From the NCBI RefSeq assembly GCF_006345805.1, contig NC_043001.1, positions 105,772,001 to 105,836,000 of the forward strand: 64,000 nucleotides of DNA, given 5' to 3'. Positions 38,393-51,705 of this stretch are shown piece by piece (the stretch's first letter is position 1; the number at the start of each line of letters is the position of its first letter). This DNA is from Octopus sinensis. Lineage: Eukaryota. Under the pieces are notes generated by a model, which saw nothing but the letters and a program-made list of their open reading frames with translations, had not been told where the DNA came from and searched no databases. The translations under genes were made by a program, and so were the position numbers.

Positions 38393-40145
38393 CACACACA
38401 CACACACACACACACATAAACACATACATTTTCATATATATATATATAGCATATATCATATATCATACATCATATATACGCACATATGTATATATGGTCT
38501 ATAAATTTGTAAACGTAAATATTCGTTTCCATTTTACGTAAACTGTTATATGATCTTAATTACGCGTCGTCCAAAGCTCAAAACTGTAAATTGAGCTCTC
38601 CACCACATACATAGCTTAATTGACAAAAATCTACAAAGTTTATGCTATTGATTGTGAATAGTGAATGATGTTCTTTGTCTATGGAGAACAGTCAGCAAAT
38701 TCCGCCTCATTTCTCTTCATCAGCACAGAATAATTGTTCGGAAAGGAAATATCCCGGAAATCGCGATGCACAGATCTTGTTTTGAGCAGAGTGGGGGTGC
38801 TAGATTCCCTCGTTCGAAAATATAAGGTCACAAATCGTGTCGTATAGCCAGCTGGAGGCGATGTCTACTGGAACTAAATTACAGCAACATCCATCCTAAA
38901 CATGCTATGTTGGCAAACAGTATTTACTACAAAGTACTATTGTTGAATATCTCACGTTGTAATATTTGAAAATAGTAAGTTTCTAGTTTCGATACTTTTC
39001 ATGAACCTGCTTCAGGAATGGTTCTCAACAACATTTTAGCGAAGATCATCATCTGCAACATGTATATTTCTACTTGGAATCGATTAGAACAAACACTGAT
39101 ATTTGAACTTGTTGACGCTTCTACTGTGTATTTCTGGTTGGATACCTGCAGCACTTTACTCTAGTTTGCATTTCATACTCATTCGCCCGAAATTGAATTT
39201 CCTCTGTAATTTGCCATTTGAAATTAAAAACATCCTCAAATTAGTTACAAAATAAGTAGACCAGAAACTCTTTTTACTATTGAAACATTAGATAAAAAAA
39301 GCATGCCGTTTGTCGTAACCTAATTACTTCCAATCAGTTTAATTAAAAAGATATCAATGCTAACTTCTCTCGAAATATATCTGTATTTACGGAAGTCCTT
39401 GTGAAAGCTGTGAATACTAACCGATACATTATTGCCAATTATGTGAAGACAGACAATGGAATAAATCATTCGATGACGGTAAAAATATCAGTGACATTTC
39501 CAGCTATTTCATTATTTCCTATAACCATAAAACCTAATTCCAATTAATCCACAGCCCACTTAACTAATTTAAAACTTTCCAATGATTTCTAGATTTCTCC
39601 TCTTACATATTATGGATATAAATGGCCACAAATTTCTTTATCTTAATTGAATTCTATAACCTATAAATTCACTCAACGCTTCTACTGTCAAACATTTTAT
39701 CGTCTAAAATTTACGCATTCAAAATTATATAGTTACCAATGCATTTAGATGTCCTTAATTAATTGGTTAATTGCCACGCACGAAAATTTCGGACCTTGAC
39801 ACATTTTTGCAATCTTGAACTGATTAAAATACATTAGACTTAATTAGGTATTTGTTATTTTTACCTCCATTATTCTTCAAATTTTCACATTCCACAAATT
39901 CAAATTAAAATGTATAATTTGTTTACTGATCTTCATTGAAGAAACTATTTAAAGTGTAATATATTTTCAAGAGTTAGATTAGTGGCAGTTTTCTCCTAAT
40001 TAAATATGATGCTACGTTAAAAATTTCAATGTAGTCTCACTTTTGAAATGTTTGGTGCATTTTTCCAAACTGCACCAAAATCACCCAGTTTGCTTTACTT
40101 ACTACTCTTTTGTCTCCCTTCTTTTCACTTACTCCCAGAGTTTCC

Positions 40146-40212
<67 letters not shown>

Positions 40213-40542
40213 GATGTTATCTTATCTTGAAAATTTCCTATCAATAGAGATTTACTTTCAGACATTGGCCTTCATATGGCCATACTTTATAAAATTGCCT
40301 TTCGAGCTGGAATATATGTATCAGTATTTCTCAAACTGATCACCTTCTCCAAATAACCCCTAGAAAAGATTTTTTTTTTAGATTTTTCTCTGCACTTCCC
40401 TCAATCACCAACGCCAAAATGGTGCTTCAATAGAATCGAATTTATGTTGTCATATCTAATAATGAATCTTTTCCCGGTGACCGAGTTGTTTTCTTTTTAG
40501 CAGGATTGTTGTTTATGTAAACTTTTATATTCTTATATTTAT

Positions 40543-40765
40543 TTCTTTACTGCCCACAAGGGGCTAAACATAGAGGGAACGAACAAGGACAGGCAAAGGG
40601 ATTAAGTCGATAACATCGACCCCAGTGCGTAACTGGTGCTTATTTAATCGACCCCGAAAAGATGAAAGGCAAAGTCGACCTCGGCGGAATTTGAACTCAG
40701 AACGTAACGGCAGACGAAATACCGCTAAGCACTTCGCCCGAAATTCTAACGATTCTACCAGCTCA
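40543..40765 (-). mobile_element. SINE family A
   Basis: Reverse complement of 2171-2400. Confidence 0.85.
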
Positions 40766-41854
40766 CCACCCTTTAAATTCTTATATTGGCAATACACTAA
40801 GTTGACAAGTTGACAGGGTCGTTACGGTATCGGGGAAACTACCTAGCATAAAAACCGCCGGATTCAGGTTTGCTTGTCATACATTCGAGGTTGATAAAAT
40901 TAGCATTTGAACAGCTCTTCAAGTTTTCCATCCCACCGAAATTGTTGGCCATGTGTCAAAATTTGAAACCAGCATAGTGACCATATATATATAATTTCCA
41001 TATGACCTGCACTTAATATTCATTTACACTTGTTCACAATTCTATTCGAAACGAGAGAAGAAAATATGCTTTTCTATACACGTACGTTGACGTAGATTCT
41101 TTTATACATACTAATATCTTGAAAAAGATCATGGAAAATAGAGAAAATCACGTTTATCCTTATCAATAAAATCCTAATTTTCTGATAAACATAAACCTTC
41201 CGAGATTCCCAGATTCCAGCATACTATCTTCAACCGGTACACTTTATTTTGGACTCACTCTATTCTATTCTTCTATATTTCGAACACACACAATTTATGC
41301 TCCAATGCTATCCGAAAGAGAATTACATTGTATTGTTGCTCCTAATATTTCTTTTAATTATTGCTTTGATGTGTAGTTTATAGTTCTGTTCTTTCAATTT
41401 CATTATAGTTTCTCGTCTATATTATTGTTTGTTTCTGTATTGCAATGGATTTTGGATTTTGCATTGTTCCCGTTTATTTTCAATTTCCTTTATATGCTAT
41501 TCCTTTCTGTAAAATGCGCATTATTGTCTTTGGACAAATTTCATTCTCTCTCAATGTTAATGGAAGCAGCATTTTCTTTATTCTGCTCATAGAAAAGCAA
41601 TTCGACCTTATCATTCAACAACCGATGTTTCATATACTGCACCTCAAATGAAAATATGCCATTGAAAGAGAAAGGCGAGCTAATTAGCTCGAGAATAAAA
41701 ATACAGTGAAATATTATATGGGATATATAATGGCCAACCGTTTTCATACAGTGCGATCATTTGTTTAGTTCCTATCCTTTTATGAATTATATGAAAACGA
41801 AATGTAATGTTTCATAGATTATTATGTGTATATGAACATTTATATATATACCTT

Positions 41855-41938
<84 letters not shown>

Positions 41939-41964
41939 CATATATATACATATATCTGTGTGTG

Positions 41965-42100
41965 TGTCGTCCCAACAACATGGTTCGGTGTTCAGGCCCA
42001 CTGTGTAGCAGTTTGGGCAAGTGTTTTCTGCTATAGCATCGGACCAGCCAAAGCCTTGTGAATGGATTTGGCAGACGAAAACTGAAGAAGCCAGTTGTAT
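41965..42100 (+). mobile_element. SINE family B, 5' half
   Basis: CATGGTTCGG..CCAAAGCCTTGTGAATGGATTTGG. Confidence 0.75.
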
Positions 42101-42117
42101 GTATGTATGTGTGTATG

Positions 42118-42150
<33 letters not shown>

Positions 42151-42159
42151 TATATATAA

Positions 42160-42335
42160 AGTTAATCCTAACATGAAAACACAAAAAGGAAAACATATGG
42201 AACAAGTATAGTGTTATTGGACGCTCAGGAAAGGAAAGAAAGACGCAGGATTCAACGTTCCGAAACATAGAAAAGGAAAGATCTAAGGAAAGGAGACGGA
42301 GGAAAAAATCGCCAACGATACAAACGCGGTAATCT
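42160..42335 (-). mobile_element. Related PLE-type terminal fragment with the hammerhead core deleted
   Basis: The minus strand GATCTTTCCTTTTCTATGTTTC-GGAACGTTGAA matches 543-595 without the CTGA..GCTC core. It sits between (TA)n tracts. Confidence 0.5.
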
Positions 42336-42403
<68 letters not shown>

Positions 42404-42612
42404 GTGAAATAGAAAGATGAATAATCTTGTAGCAGATTAATCAAAAGTTTAACCGATACCTTGGTAGCAAAAATCACAGCAGAAGACAGCACGGTTGGAG
42501 GTACAACCATATGGTGTTGCAACCGTGCGTTGGTGCGGATAATTGAAATTAAAATATTATTGGTGAATTGAAGAAATGGAGCTGAACGAAGATTGAACAG
42601 AAATCGTTTTAT

Positions 42613-42699
42613 TTCATTCTACACGTGTTTCGAAAGGTACAATTTACCAAAATCCGATTGAATAATGAGACCATATTGTGTCTTTCTCTTCAGGAAGAA
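42613..42699 (-). ncRNA. Hammerhead ribozyme, left arm of the mini-insertion
   Basis: Reverse-complement copy with an intact core and one stem II substitution. Confidence 0.8.
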
Positions 42700-42771
42700 A
42701 TAGGAAATCCTAGTTCGATTTGTTTTGCTCCGCCTCTGTTCTGTTTTTGTTTTTTCCAACGGATTTCCTAT

Positions 42772-42858
42772 TTCTTCCTGAAGAGAAAGACACAATATGG
42801 TCTCATTATTCAATCGGATTTTGGTAAATTGTGCCTTTCGAAACACGTGTAGAATGAA
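42772..42858 (+). ncRNA. Hammerhead ribozyme, right arm of the mini-insertion
   Basis: Intact CTGAAGA...GAAA-CACGTG-TA core. Confidence 0.85.
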
Positions 42859-42909
42859 ATAAAACGATTTCTGTTCAATCTTCGTTCAGCTCCATTTCTT
42901 CAATTCACC

Positions 42910-42943
<34 letters not shown>

Positions 42944-43294
42944 GTACGTACATATGTATGTATATATTTATATATAGATATATATGTGTGTATGTGTGTT
43001 TTTGCGTATGTGGCTTGATAACCGATGTCAGAATGTTTATGTCGCTGTGAGTGAGCGGTTTGAGAAAAGAGACCGATAAAATAAGAACCATTCTCGAAAG
43101 AAAAATAATAACTGGTCTTGATTAATTCGACTAAAAATTTTTGAAAGTGTTGCTTCAGTATGGCCATTTCTAATCAGTGAAAGAAATAAACACTAGAAGG
43201 TAAAAAGGTACATATGTTAGCAGGTGCGAAAGACATCAATATCGTTGCGTGTTGGAGGACAAAGAATGTGCTGTTCATTCTTTACTCTCTTTTA

Positions 43295-43690
43295 CTATTT
43301 TACTTGTTTAAATCATTTGACTGTAGCCATGCTGGAGCACCGCCATTAGTCGAGCAAATCCACCCCAGGACTTATTCTTTGGAAGTCTAGTACTTATTCT
43401 ATCGGTCTCTTTTGCCGAACCGCTAAGTTACAGGGACGTAAACACACCACCTTCGGTTGTCAAGCGCTGTTTGGGGAGAACGACACACAGACATATACAC
43501 ACATACATATACATATACATATATACGACGGGCTTCTTTGAGTTTCCCTCTATCAAATCCACTCACAAGGCTTTGGTCGGTCCGAGGCTATAGTAGAAGA
43601 CACTTGCTCGAGGTGCTACGCATTCGGAATGAACCAGGAACCATATGGTTGTTAAGCAAACTACTTACCAAATAGCCAGTCCTGAGCCTA
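43295..43690 (-). mobile_element. SINE family B
   Basis: Reverse complement of 12420-12795. Confidence 0.85.
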
Positions 43691-45764
43691 GAATTTCGTG
43701 TGTCAGACATACACTTCTCTGACGCGAAAAACAAGACAATTTTTTTTTCTTTATACTTTGTAAGATATTCCTGTCAGTCACTGGTTGAAGGTCCATACGT
43801 GTCATTATAACTGTTGCAGGTGAAAGACATCTGTTTCAGATGTCGCATTACATCAAATATGGCGAGAAATTAATAAAATGATTTGTAGCGGCATCCAATG
43901 CCACATTAATATTGCATGGGTGAAGATACAGTACAAATGCACTAAAATTAAGAGTACCGCGCTTTTCAAAGACGATCATCACCCGTCTAAATTATTAATG
44001 ACTTGAATTTTAAAACTCGGCTGTAAATCCAGCAATCTCACCGTTTGAAAATAATTTACGTATAAATATTGCTGCCATGTACGTGTCTATATATTGTTTT
44101 AATTTAATAAAATTCCATAATACGACCTTTTCAATGATTCTCTGGTTTCTTTCTATTTGGACCAACTTCTTAAAAGATGCGTGTTACTTTTGAGCTTATT
44201 ATGTTGACTCACAACATCTTCCTGTACGCTTTAAACATTTTCACTCATTTCCGTCCGTTCATTTCATGTTTACACTTGCGACATAGATTCCCAGATAAAA
44301 TAATCCTCACCACAGGAAATGTGATTGACTCAAGCTTATATTAAATAATTCGACGATATTTAAATGCCTTTAATATCTATCCTTCAGTCATTACACGTTT
44401 TGTTTTTACTATTGTCACATCGAACAATCAATGAATGGGAGAAAAAAAAAATTTTTTGAGTAAGCGGCCAAAATCTTCTTCACATTGCATGGTGGACCCA
44501 CCTTTTGCTCGTTAAATAACTTTGCACTATCACTGAAACAGACGGAGTAAATGAATGGGAGGCCGTGTTTTATATGGTTATGACTACTGTGTTAGGTCTG
44601 CCTTCTGGTGCAGAAAGAAGGGGTTAATTATTTTAATCAATGATAAGTAAAAATGTTTACGATTCAATTACATTTCAAAACACGTTTCGAAGAGTTCATA
44701 TCTGAAATATAATCGGTTTCTTTATAAAAACATCTATGAAATGTGTTTTGAGAGGTGAGCAGTGATAAAATGTAAATGGGTGGCACGAAACCAATTATTA
44801 TTTAAACAGTTTGTCTGTCTTCAATCTAAAATGTTGGTGAAAACACTGGCCTTTTATTCAAATTTACTGCATCCAACCAGAGCAGTTCATTCCTTTTTGA
44901 ATTGTTTACGGTTTCTGCAAGCACGCCCTATGTTTTCCTTCGGTTAAGATGTACATCTTGGTTCGGTTTTTAATTAGCTATTGAAATATAAACTCCAGAA
45001 CAATAACTGAATGTATTATGTCATTGGATTATATTATGATGTTTAAATTTATTACAGTTTTAAAATTTTTACCGCAGTCTGAGCGCGTACTAAACATTTC
45101 GGTCCGCAGATAACTCTTTCGATCTACATCATTTGGAAAACAAATTAATTTGTTGTTTTAGAGCATGATCTTTTGTTTGTTTCAATCGTAATTTTTCTTT
45201 CTATTCATCTTATATATTTACAAGAATATTTTAATTACATATACATGATAGACTCATATATGTTATGAGAATTCTTAAAAATTATAATCATTCTAAAGAG
45301 ATTATTGAAAATTATTTAATGTAAAATGAGAATATTATATCATATTAAATTTGTAATGGAATTTCATTGTAATCATTCTGATATATAAATTGATATTACG
45401 CGATGCCATACGGAATTTACATTATATTGTGTCCTTCTTGTGAAAGAAAAAAGATATGGCAATATTTACTGATTTTAATCATATACGGATTATTTTGCTA
45501 CTTGTGTTATCGAAATGACGTAATATTCAAAATCATATAATTAATTTGGTTGTCGGTTTAAAATATTTCTCAGTATCTGAGTAATAGGCTAATATATGAA
45601 ACACTGCATATTTCAGTGCATGCGAAAAGCAGCATACAAATCCCCTTAGCATCAAATCTTACCACTTATAAATCAAATAATTACATAATGGGTAAAATGC
45701 ATTTCATCAAATCGTGACCAATTAGGGTTTGACCTGAAACTGAACAACAGTCACAGCCTTATAT

Positions 45765-46170
45765 ATTTCTTTATTGCCCAGAAGTGGCTAAACATAGAGG
45801 GGACAAACAAGGACAGACAAAGGGATTAAGTCGATTAAATCGACCCTAGTGCGTAACTGGTACTTATTTTAATCGACCCAGAAAGTAAGAAAGGCTAAGT
45901 TGACCTCGGAATTTGAAATCAGAACGTAACGACCGACGAAATACCTATTTCTTTACTACCCACAAGCAGCTAAACACAGAGAGGACAAACAAGGACAGAC
46001 AAAAGGATTAAGTCGATTACATCAACCCCAGTGCGTAACTGGTTCTTTATTTATCGACCCCGAAAAGATGAAAAGCAAAGTCGACCTCGGCGGAATTTGA
46101 ACTCACAACGTAACAGCAGACGAAATATTACTAAGGATTTCGCCCGGTGGGCTAAAGTATCTGCCAGCAC
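45765..46170 (-). mobile_element. SINE family A, tandem two-unit copy
   Basis: Two ACAAACAAGGACAGACAA..GATTAAGTCGATT units. Confidence 0.85.
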
Positions 46171-46496
46171 GCCGCCTTCCACAGCCTTATATATTTCTGA
46201 CAACTTAACAGTGACACACATCTCTCTGGGAAATTGTATGCAGCAGAAAATACATATATGTCAATTATTGTGTGCCATGTCTTTGGATGACAAATGTAAC
46301 AAGTATACATGCTAAAATATTAGACTAGTATGGTTCGTATTAACCATTGTCTGACAAATTTAACTGATTTATTTTTCAGGCGAGAACAATTTAAGTTATA
46401 ATGGTTTTCACTTTTGACTTTTGGGTTGCGTGGCTTCAGGTCTAAAAGATATCAGAACCAATTAAATATTAACATACAGATTAGTGCAGAATTTAT

Positions 46497-46650
46497 GCCG
46501 GCATGGTAAGAAGCTTACATCCCAACCACATGGTACCGTGTTTAGTCTCACGGCATGGCACCTCGGGCTAGTGTCTTTACAATATCACAGGACAAACCAA
46601 AGCCTTGTGAGTGGATTTGGTTTATTGAAACTGGAAAACGCCCGTCGGAT
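46497..46650 (+). mobile_element. SINE family B, 5' half
   Basis: TGGTAAGAAGCTT..CCAAAGCCTTGTGAGTGGATTTGG. Confidence 0.8.
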
Positions 46651-46804
46651 ATATATATATATATATATATAAATAATAACAAAGGGTAAAATTAATTAAT
46701 TAAGAAGTAATCAATAATTTCACCAAGTAGAATTCGGTATGAAAACAGGACCGTTTCACGGTAAACTTAAGTAATACTAATAAAAAGGGTTCAGCAAAGA
46801 ATTG

Positions 46805-47482
46805 CTTTGATTCCGGTGCTGAAAGTTGCTATAATCCTTGCCATGAGTTTGTTCATCTTGGATGTCACAAGGAGATTTGTTGGTTTCTCGTCCAACTACG
46901 CCCGACACATAATAATCAAGTGGGGAGTTAGATGGGCAAATGGTGGGAGTGCTCTGGTCGTAGAAATTGTCTCACAGCCATAACTGGGTTCTCCTGCATG
47001 TGTGGCATGGTGCAGAGTACTATTGCTAGACATAGGGTCTTCCAGCAGCCGCCTTTTTGAGCCAAGGCTGCACAGCCTCCGCCGTGCACTTGATGTAGGC
47101 CTCCATGTTAAGTCTGAGACCATGTGGAAAGATGAATGGAAGCATAGTGTCGCCATCACTAGTGATCACACCAAGCACCATGATGTTGACTGGATGTTTG
47201 ATTTTTATCAATCTAAGTACATGTTCTCAGATTGCACTGTCCTCCGCTTGACACCTAGACATTCTAAAATGTTCGTATTGGAGCTTCCGACGCGAATGTC
47301 AAGCACTACAGCATGTCATTTCCAAATTTCTGACAGAGTGAATTGCGTCATGGTGCTATTTTGTTCTCAGAGACTGTGCCCAACTGACCCTACTATAGTG
47401 TGTGGTCGAGAAAATCCCCAAATAGACAATGCACATGCACGAACTTAAAAATATACAATGTTGACAATTTATCCATCGCACC

Positions 47483-47483
<1 letters not shown>
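46805..47483 (-). mobile_element. Internally deleted Tc1/mariner (maT/DD37D-like) element, 5' end and body
   Basis: IKHPVNIMVLGVITSDG..PWLKKAAAGRPYV, then a decayed xQxYSAPCHT..SNSP..LDYYV. The TIR TA-CGGTGCGATGGATAAATTGTC ends at 47483. Confidence 0.8.
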
Positions 47484-47557
<74 letters not shown>

Positions 47558-48188
47558 TTATGATTCAGGCGTATCAGGTACTTAAATGATATGGCACGGT
47601 GTGGGGTCAAAATTAAAATGTATACACACCAACAATGGATGAATAGGAGTTCAGACAGAAAGATATTCATATTAATTGAACCCTCCTGAGTATGTTACCA
47701 GCCCTTGAGCTACTCCAGCAACGCACATTATATTAAAGATACAGTCTATAATATACTCTGTACTCTATACTTGCTGTCAACTGAACAGATACCCCTTTCA
47801 CGTTGTTCCCTTTTCTTGATAAATTGTGCCGTTGTTTCATAAATACCTATTCCTTATCTGCTGTTATATTTTCTATCTTGAATCCAAATTGAATTCTTTC
47901 TTTTCTCCTTGTCTTATTTCTCTCCAGGAAACTTTACAAAATATTGAAGAAGGATATGAGACAAGGCATCATCAGTTTTATGCGTATATTAGTAAAATTT
48001 ACTATATATAAAAAATATATATATTCATTAGTAGTCATTTCAGGTGCCAACCTTATGATAATATATCATTTTTAATCCGGGAAAGAAAAAGACAGGTATT
48101 CCCATAATTTTATTTCTATTAATGTTGTACTAAGTATTTTTATAATACTGTTTAAGATTGTCCTCATTTCAACTGTCCAAAATGTTCC

Positions 48189-48440
48189 AACAAACTCATG
48201 GCAAGGATTATAGCAACTTTCAGCACCGGAATCAAAGAGACTGTACAGAAGAGTTGTAGGATATTCCGAAGTCGTCTGCAGGCTGACTTTGAAGCCAATG
48301 GCGATTTTACTGAATAGATTTTTCTCTTTGGTATTTCAAAACAACTTTATGAAATTTTGGTAAACATCGCTGTTAAACAGCAATGTTAGTGTTATTTTCA
48401 TGTTATGTAATTTAGACGACTATTTATTCACCACAGCCTG
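48189..48440 (+). mobile_element. 3' end of the same maT-like element, in opposite orientation
   Basis: Starts with a 49-bp exact inverted copy of 46805-46853, encodes ..KETVQKSCRIFRSRLQADFEANGDFTE-stop, and ends in the TIR GACGACTATTTATTCACCACAGCCTG-TA. Confidence 0.8.
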
Positions 48441-48511
48441 TACATACATACATACATACATACAAACACACATACATATGTACATACACACATACACACA
48501 GGCACCCCCCC

Positions 48512-48587
<76 letters not shown>

Positions 48588-48597
48588 TATTATTATT

Positions 48598-48702
48598 ATT
48601 AGTGAATTGAAGAAATGGAGTTGAACGAAGATTGAACAGAAATCGTTTTATTGCATTCTACACGTGTTTCGAAAGCCACAATTTACCAAATTCCCATTGA
48701 AT
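48598..48702 (-). mobile_element. Short 3'-end fragment of the same PLE family
   Basis: GTGAATTGAAGAAATGGAG...TTCTACACGTGTTTCGAAAG matches the terminal repeat. It abuts a (TA)n/(TTA)n tract. Confidence 0.8.
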
Positions 48703-48734
48703 ATATATATCCTTAATCCTAATATTTTTATTGT

Positions 48735-49377
48735 TCTGGATACTTAGGGAGAAGTGGCGCTCGAATGAACATGCTGTACCTTCGCTCCAAGTGGAAATTC
48801 GAAGTGTTGCGGCTTGGATGAAGCCTTTTTCTCCATATTCCAAAAATCGAGGGAACGTATGCTGGACTCTGAGCCACAAACAGAGAGTTAACAGGTCATC
48901 TGTACTAAGCAATAAAACTGATCACCCAATCACATTCCTTTGTGAAAGAAATACAGATTTAATACTGATTTAATACACGGATGCTCAACATGGACACTAA
49001 CAAAGCGTTTTGTAAAGAAAAATTGACGGAATTTATACTAGTATGCTTCGAGCTTTTCTAGATATCTCTTGGAGACAACACCCTACGAAAGAACTTCTCT
49101 ACGGTCATTTACCACATATCATCAGAGAAAGAAGAACAAGATTCGCTGGACATTAGTGGAGAGCAATGGATGAGGTGTGTAGTGACGTTCTTCTTTGGTA
49201 ATCGAACTATGTGAACGCATATGTTTGTAGATCACATCAACCCTACATAAAGCAACTGTGCAAGGACTCCGCGTGCACCCCCCAAAAAAGCCAACACATG
49301 CAATGGCAGACGGTACGCTCTGGAGGGAACGAGTGATGGACATCTTTGCAAGAAGCAAGACCAAGTGAGGATGATGC
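48735..49377 (+). mobile_element. 3' fragment of an RTE-clade LINE
   Basis: WTLTKRFVKKIDGIYTSMLRAFLDISWRQHPTKELLYG, IRERRTRFAGH, YIKQLCKD, LWRERV; ends in GATGATG. Confidence 0.8.
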
Positions 49378-49866
49378 AAATCTACGTGTGTGTGTATGTG
49401 TATGTATGCGTGTGTGGGCATGTGCGTGTGTTGCTATTGTTTGGCAAGGATATATTTAGGTATTATTTTAACAGCGATATCAATATTTACCTGCAGACAA
49501 ACTGAGAAATAACCATACTTATTTTAATTTATTTTTTTCTTGTTTTCCATATTTCTCGTGCTTGCTTTTATTTGTAGTTATGGACCCGGGAATAATTCTA
49601 CATCTCACCTTTTTTTTAGCGGGCGTTTTGCACTTCCGTTTTATAGAATTATGCAAACTGTGTTGGATTAATGAAATGTCCTTAACAAATCCTTGCTCTC
49701 TCAGTTTTTGTCTGATGTCTTCCTGAGAAGAGATATACACATACAAAGAAAATGACTATGAACGTAGATTATCAAAAATATATTTGTTTTAATTACGTTC
49801 ACTACAAAATTAGTCGTGAGTATAAAACTGAGCAGCGTTAATGGAGACAAATGATTGAGGCGTATA

Positions 49867-51361
49867 TCTCTTATTATAAAAGGCAGATTTTATCTGCCTC
49901 CCTTTGGGAGTTATACAAATCTACAATATAGGATTTCTTCAATTACAATTTACCTAGCAGTTTTAAGAGTACAATGCATCGCGTCATGCCAGGTCCAGTT
50001 TTTAAAATTTAAACTCCAATTAAGCAAAATTTACAGAAAACTCACATTCTGGTGTGTGTGTCAAATGCTTTTCTTAATCTGGTTTACACCACACGCAAAC
50101 GCACACACACAGTGGGCAAGGAATAAAATGAAAGTAATTCACTTACTGTAGTGAGTGATTCTTTCACTCTGCCTCCCACTTCCTCTTTACACACATAGAA
50201 AATTTTTTTATTTTTTTACATAAGTAATGAGAGTGAAAGAGACTAAGAGAAAGCGATTGTATGACGAGGGAAGTTCCTTTGAAGTTACCGTGCATGGGAC
50301 TCATTGATGTACATGTGTGTGTGTGTGTTTGATGGAGTGTGGGAGACAGACAGTATGTTGTGTAAGTGAAGTGCTTCTGTTAGTGTCTGTGAAGAGACAG
50401 AGAGAGTAATGTGTGAAAGAGAGAGATAACTGAAATTTTTTACTCGGTTTATGTGTATATGTATGTATGCATGTATGTGTGTGTGTGTGTGTATGTATGT
50501 GTGTGTGTATGTATGTATTTATATATAAAAGAAAGGTTGTGTGTCTGTCTACTCCGATTTAGATTCCTAACTACTCCCACATTTTGCGATGCAGTTTAAC
50601 CAAAACCGGGTATCTTATAGTCGTGATTCATATCGAGCCCTTCTGGGTATTAGCGCGCGTCTACGATGAGTCTATGATTTTACAAATAATTTACCATCAT
50701 TTTTTTCCATTTTAATGCATATGTTTTAAAATAAACGGAAGTAACTCTCAAACTTCACACCAATATGCGTGCTCATATGCGACGTAATATCACATCACCA
50801 GCATTTCCTCACACCCTCCTTGCACTTGGCGAAGGCAAAATACCAGTGGATGAAAATGGTAATATTGCCATCGATTCCATTTGTACCATTGTTAAGACGC
50901 CTTCTGATCTCAGAGATGCAGTGTTCCCAGATTTACAAGCTAACTATCAGAATATGGATTGGATTGGCAAAAAGGCTATACTGGCCCCGAGGAATAAAAC
51001 TGTTCACCCTATTAATGATGAAATGCTAAAACTCATTCCTGGGGAAGTCGATGTATATCAGTCTATCGATACAACTCCTGACCCAGAGGACGTCATCAAC
51101 TATCCAATAGAGGTACTCAATTCCTTTGAGCACCCCGGACTACCACCACACTTTCTCAAACTTAAAGTTAGTGCCCCTATAATGCTCATCAGAAATTTGG
51201 TCCCCCCAAAACAATGCAATGGCACACGTTTGGCGTTAAGTCCTTATCTCCCACCGTAAGCTTATTTCAATATTTGCCTGAATAATCATCATAATTCAGT
51301 GCAATCATTAACAGTACTTTCAAGCAATTCAGCCCCGAGCAACGCCGGGCAATTCTGCTAG
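49867..51361 (+). mobile_element. Non-autonomous Helitron
   Basis: A|TC start (TCTCTTATTATAAAAGG), subterminal hairpin GCCCCGAGCAACGCCGGGC (51332-51350), CTAG|T end, internal PIF1 fragment. Confidence 0.82.
50765..51259 (+). pseudogene. Helitron PIF1-family helicase fragment
   Basis: LLALGEG, AILAPRN..INDEML, YPIEVLNS..GLPPHFLKLKVSAPIMLIRNL..CNGTRL are typical Helitron helicase motifs. Confidence 0.9.
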
Positions 51362-51673
51362 TAATTATCTAAAGAAAATAGTTTGGATACCAGACAATGC
51401 TATTCGTATTTTCATAAAAATTAGTTACAGGTTTCTATATATTTGTATGGTTGCGTGTGAGTGTGTATATGTGTGAGTGTGTGTGTGTGCGTGTGGTGCG
51501 CGTGTATTTTCTGGTGAGAGTGACATATCAATATATATTAATAATTATATATATGTATTTATTTACAGATGTATACAGGTATGCAAATATACGTGTGTGT
51601 GTTTGCTTGCTTGCGTGTGTGTATGGATGCACGTATGTATGTATGCTTTTATATATGTATATATGTATGTATG

Positions 51674-51705
<32 letters not shown>

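Larger units (their letters stand above)
42399..42912. mobile_element. 514-bp hairpin mini-insertion of the same PLE family (terminal-repeat sequence only)
   Basis: 42399-42710 is the reverse complement of the terminal repeat and 42712-42912 is the forward terminal repeat. (TA)n lies on both sides. Confidence 0.9.

Noticed and set aside
38690-38975. Exon-like island with acceptor and donor motifs; similar islands at ~23120-23225 and ~37810-37930
   Set aside because: Frames hit stops or lack recognisable homology. They could be UTR or regulatory sequence, but the sequence alone does not support a call.
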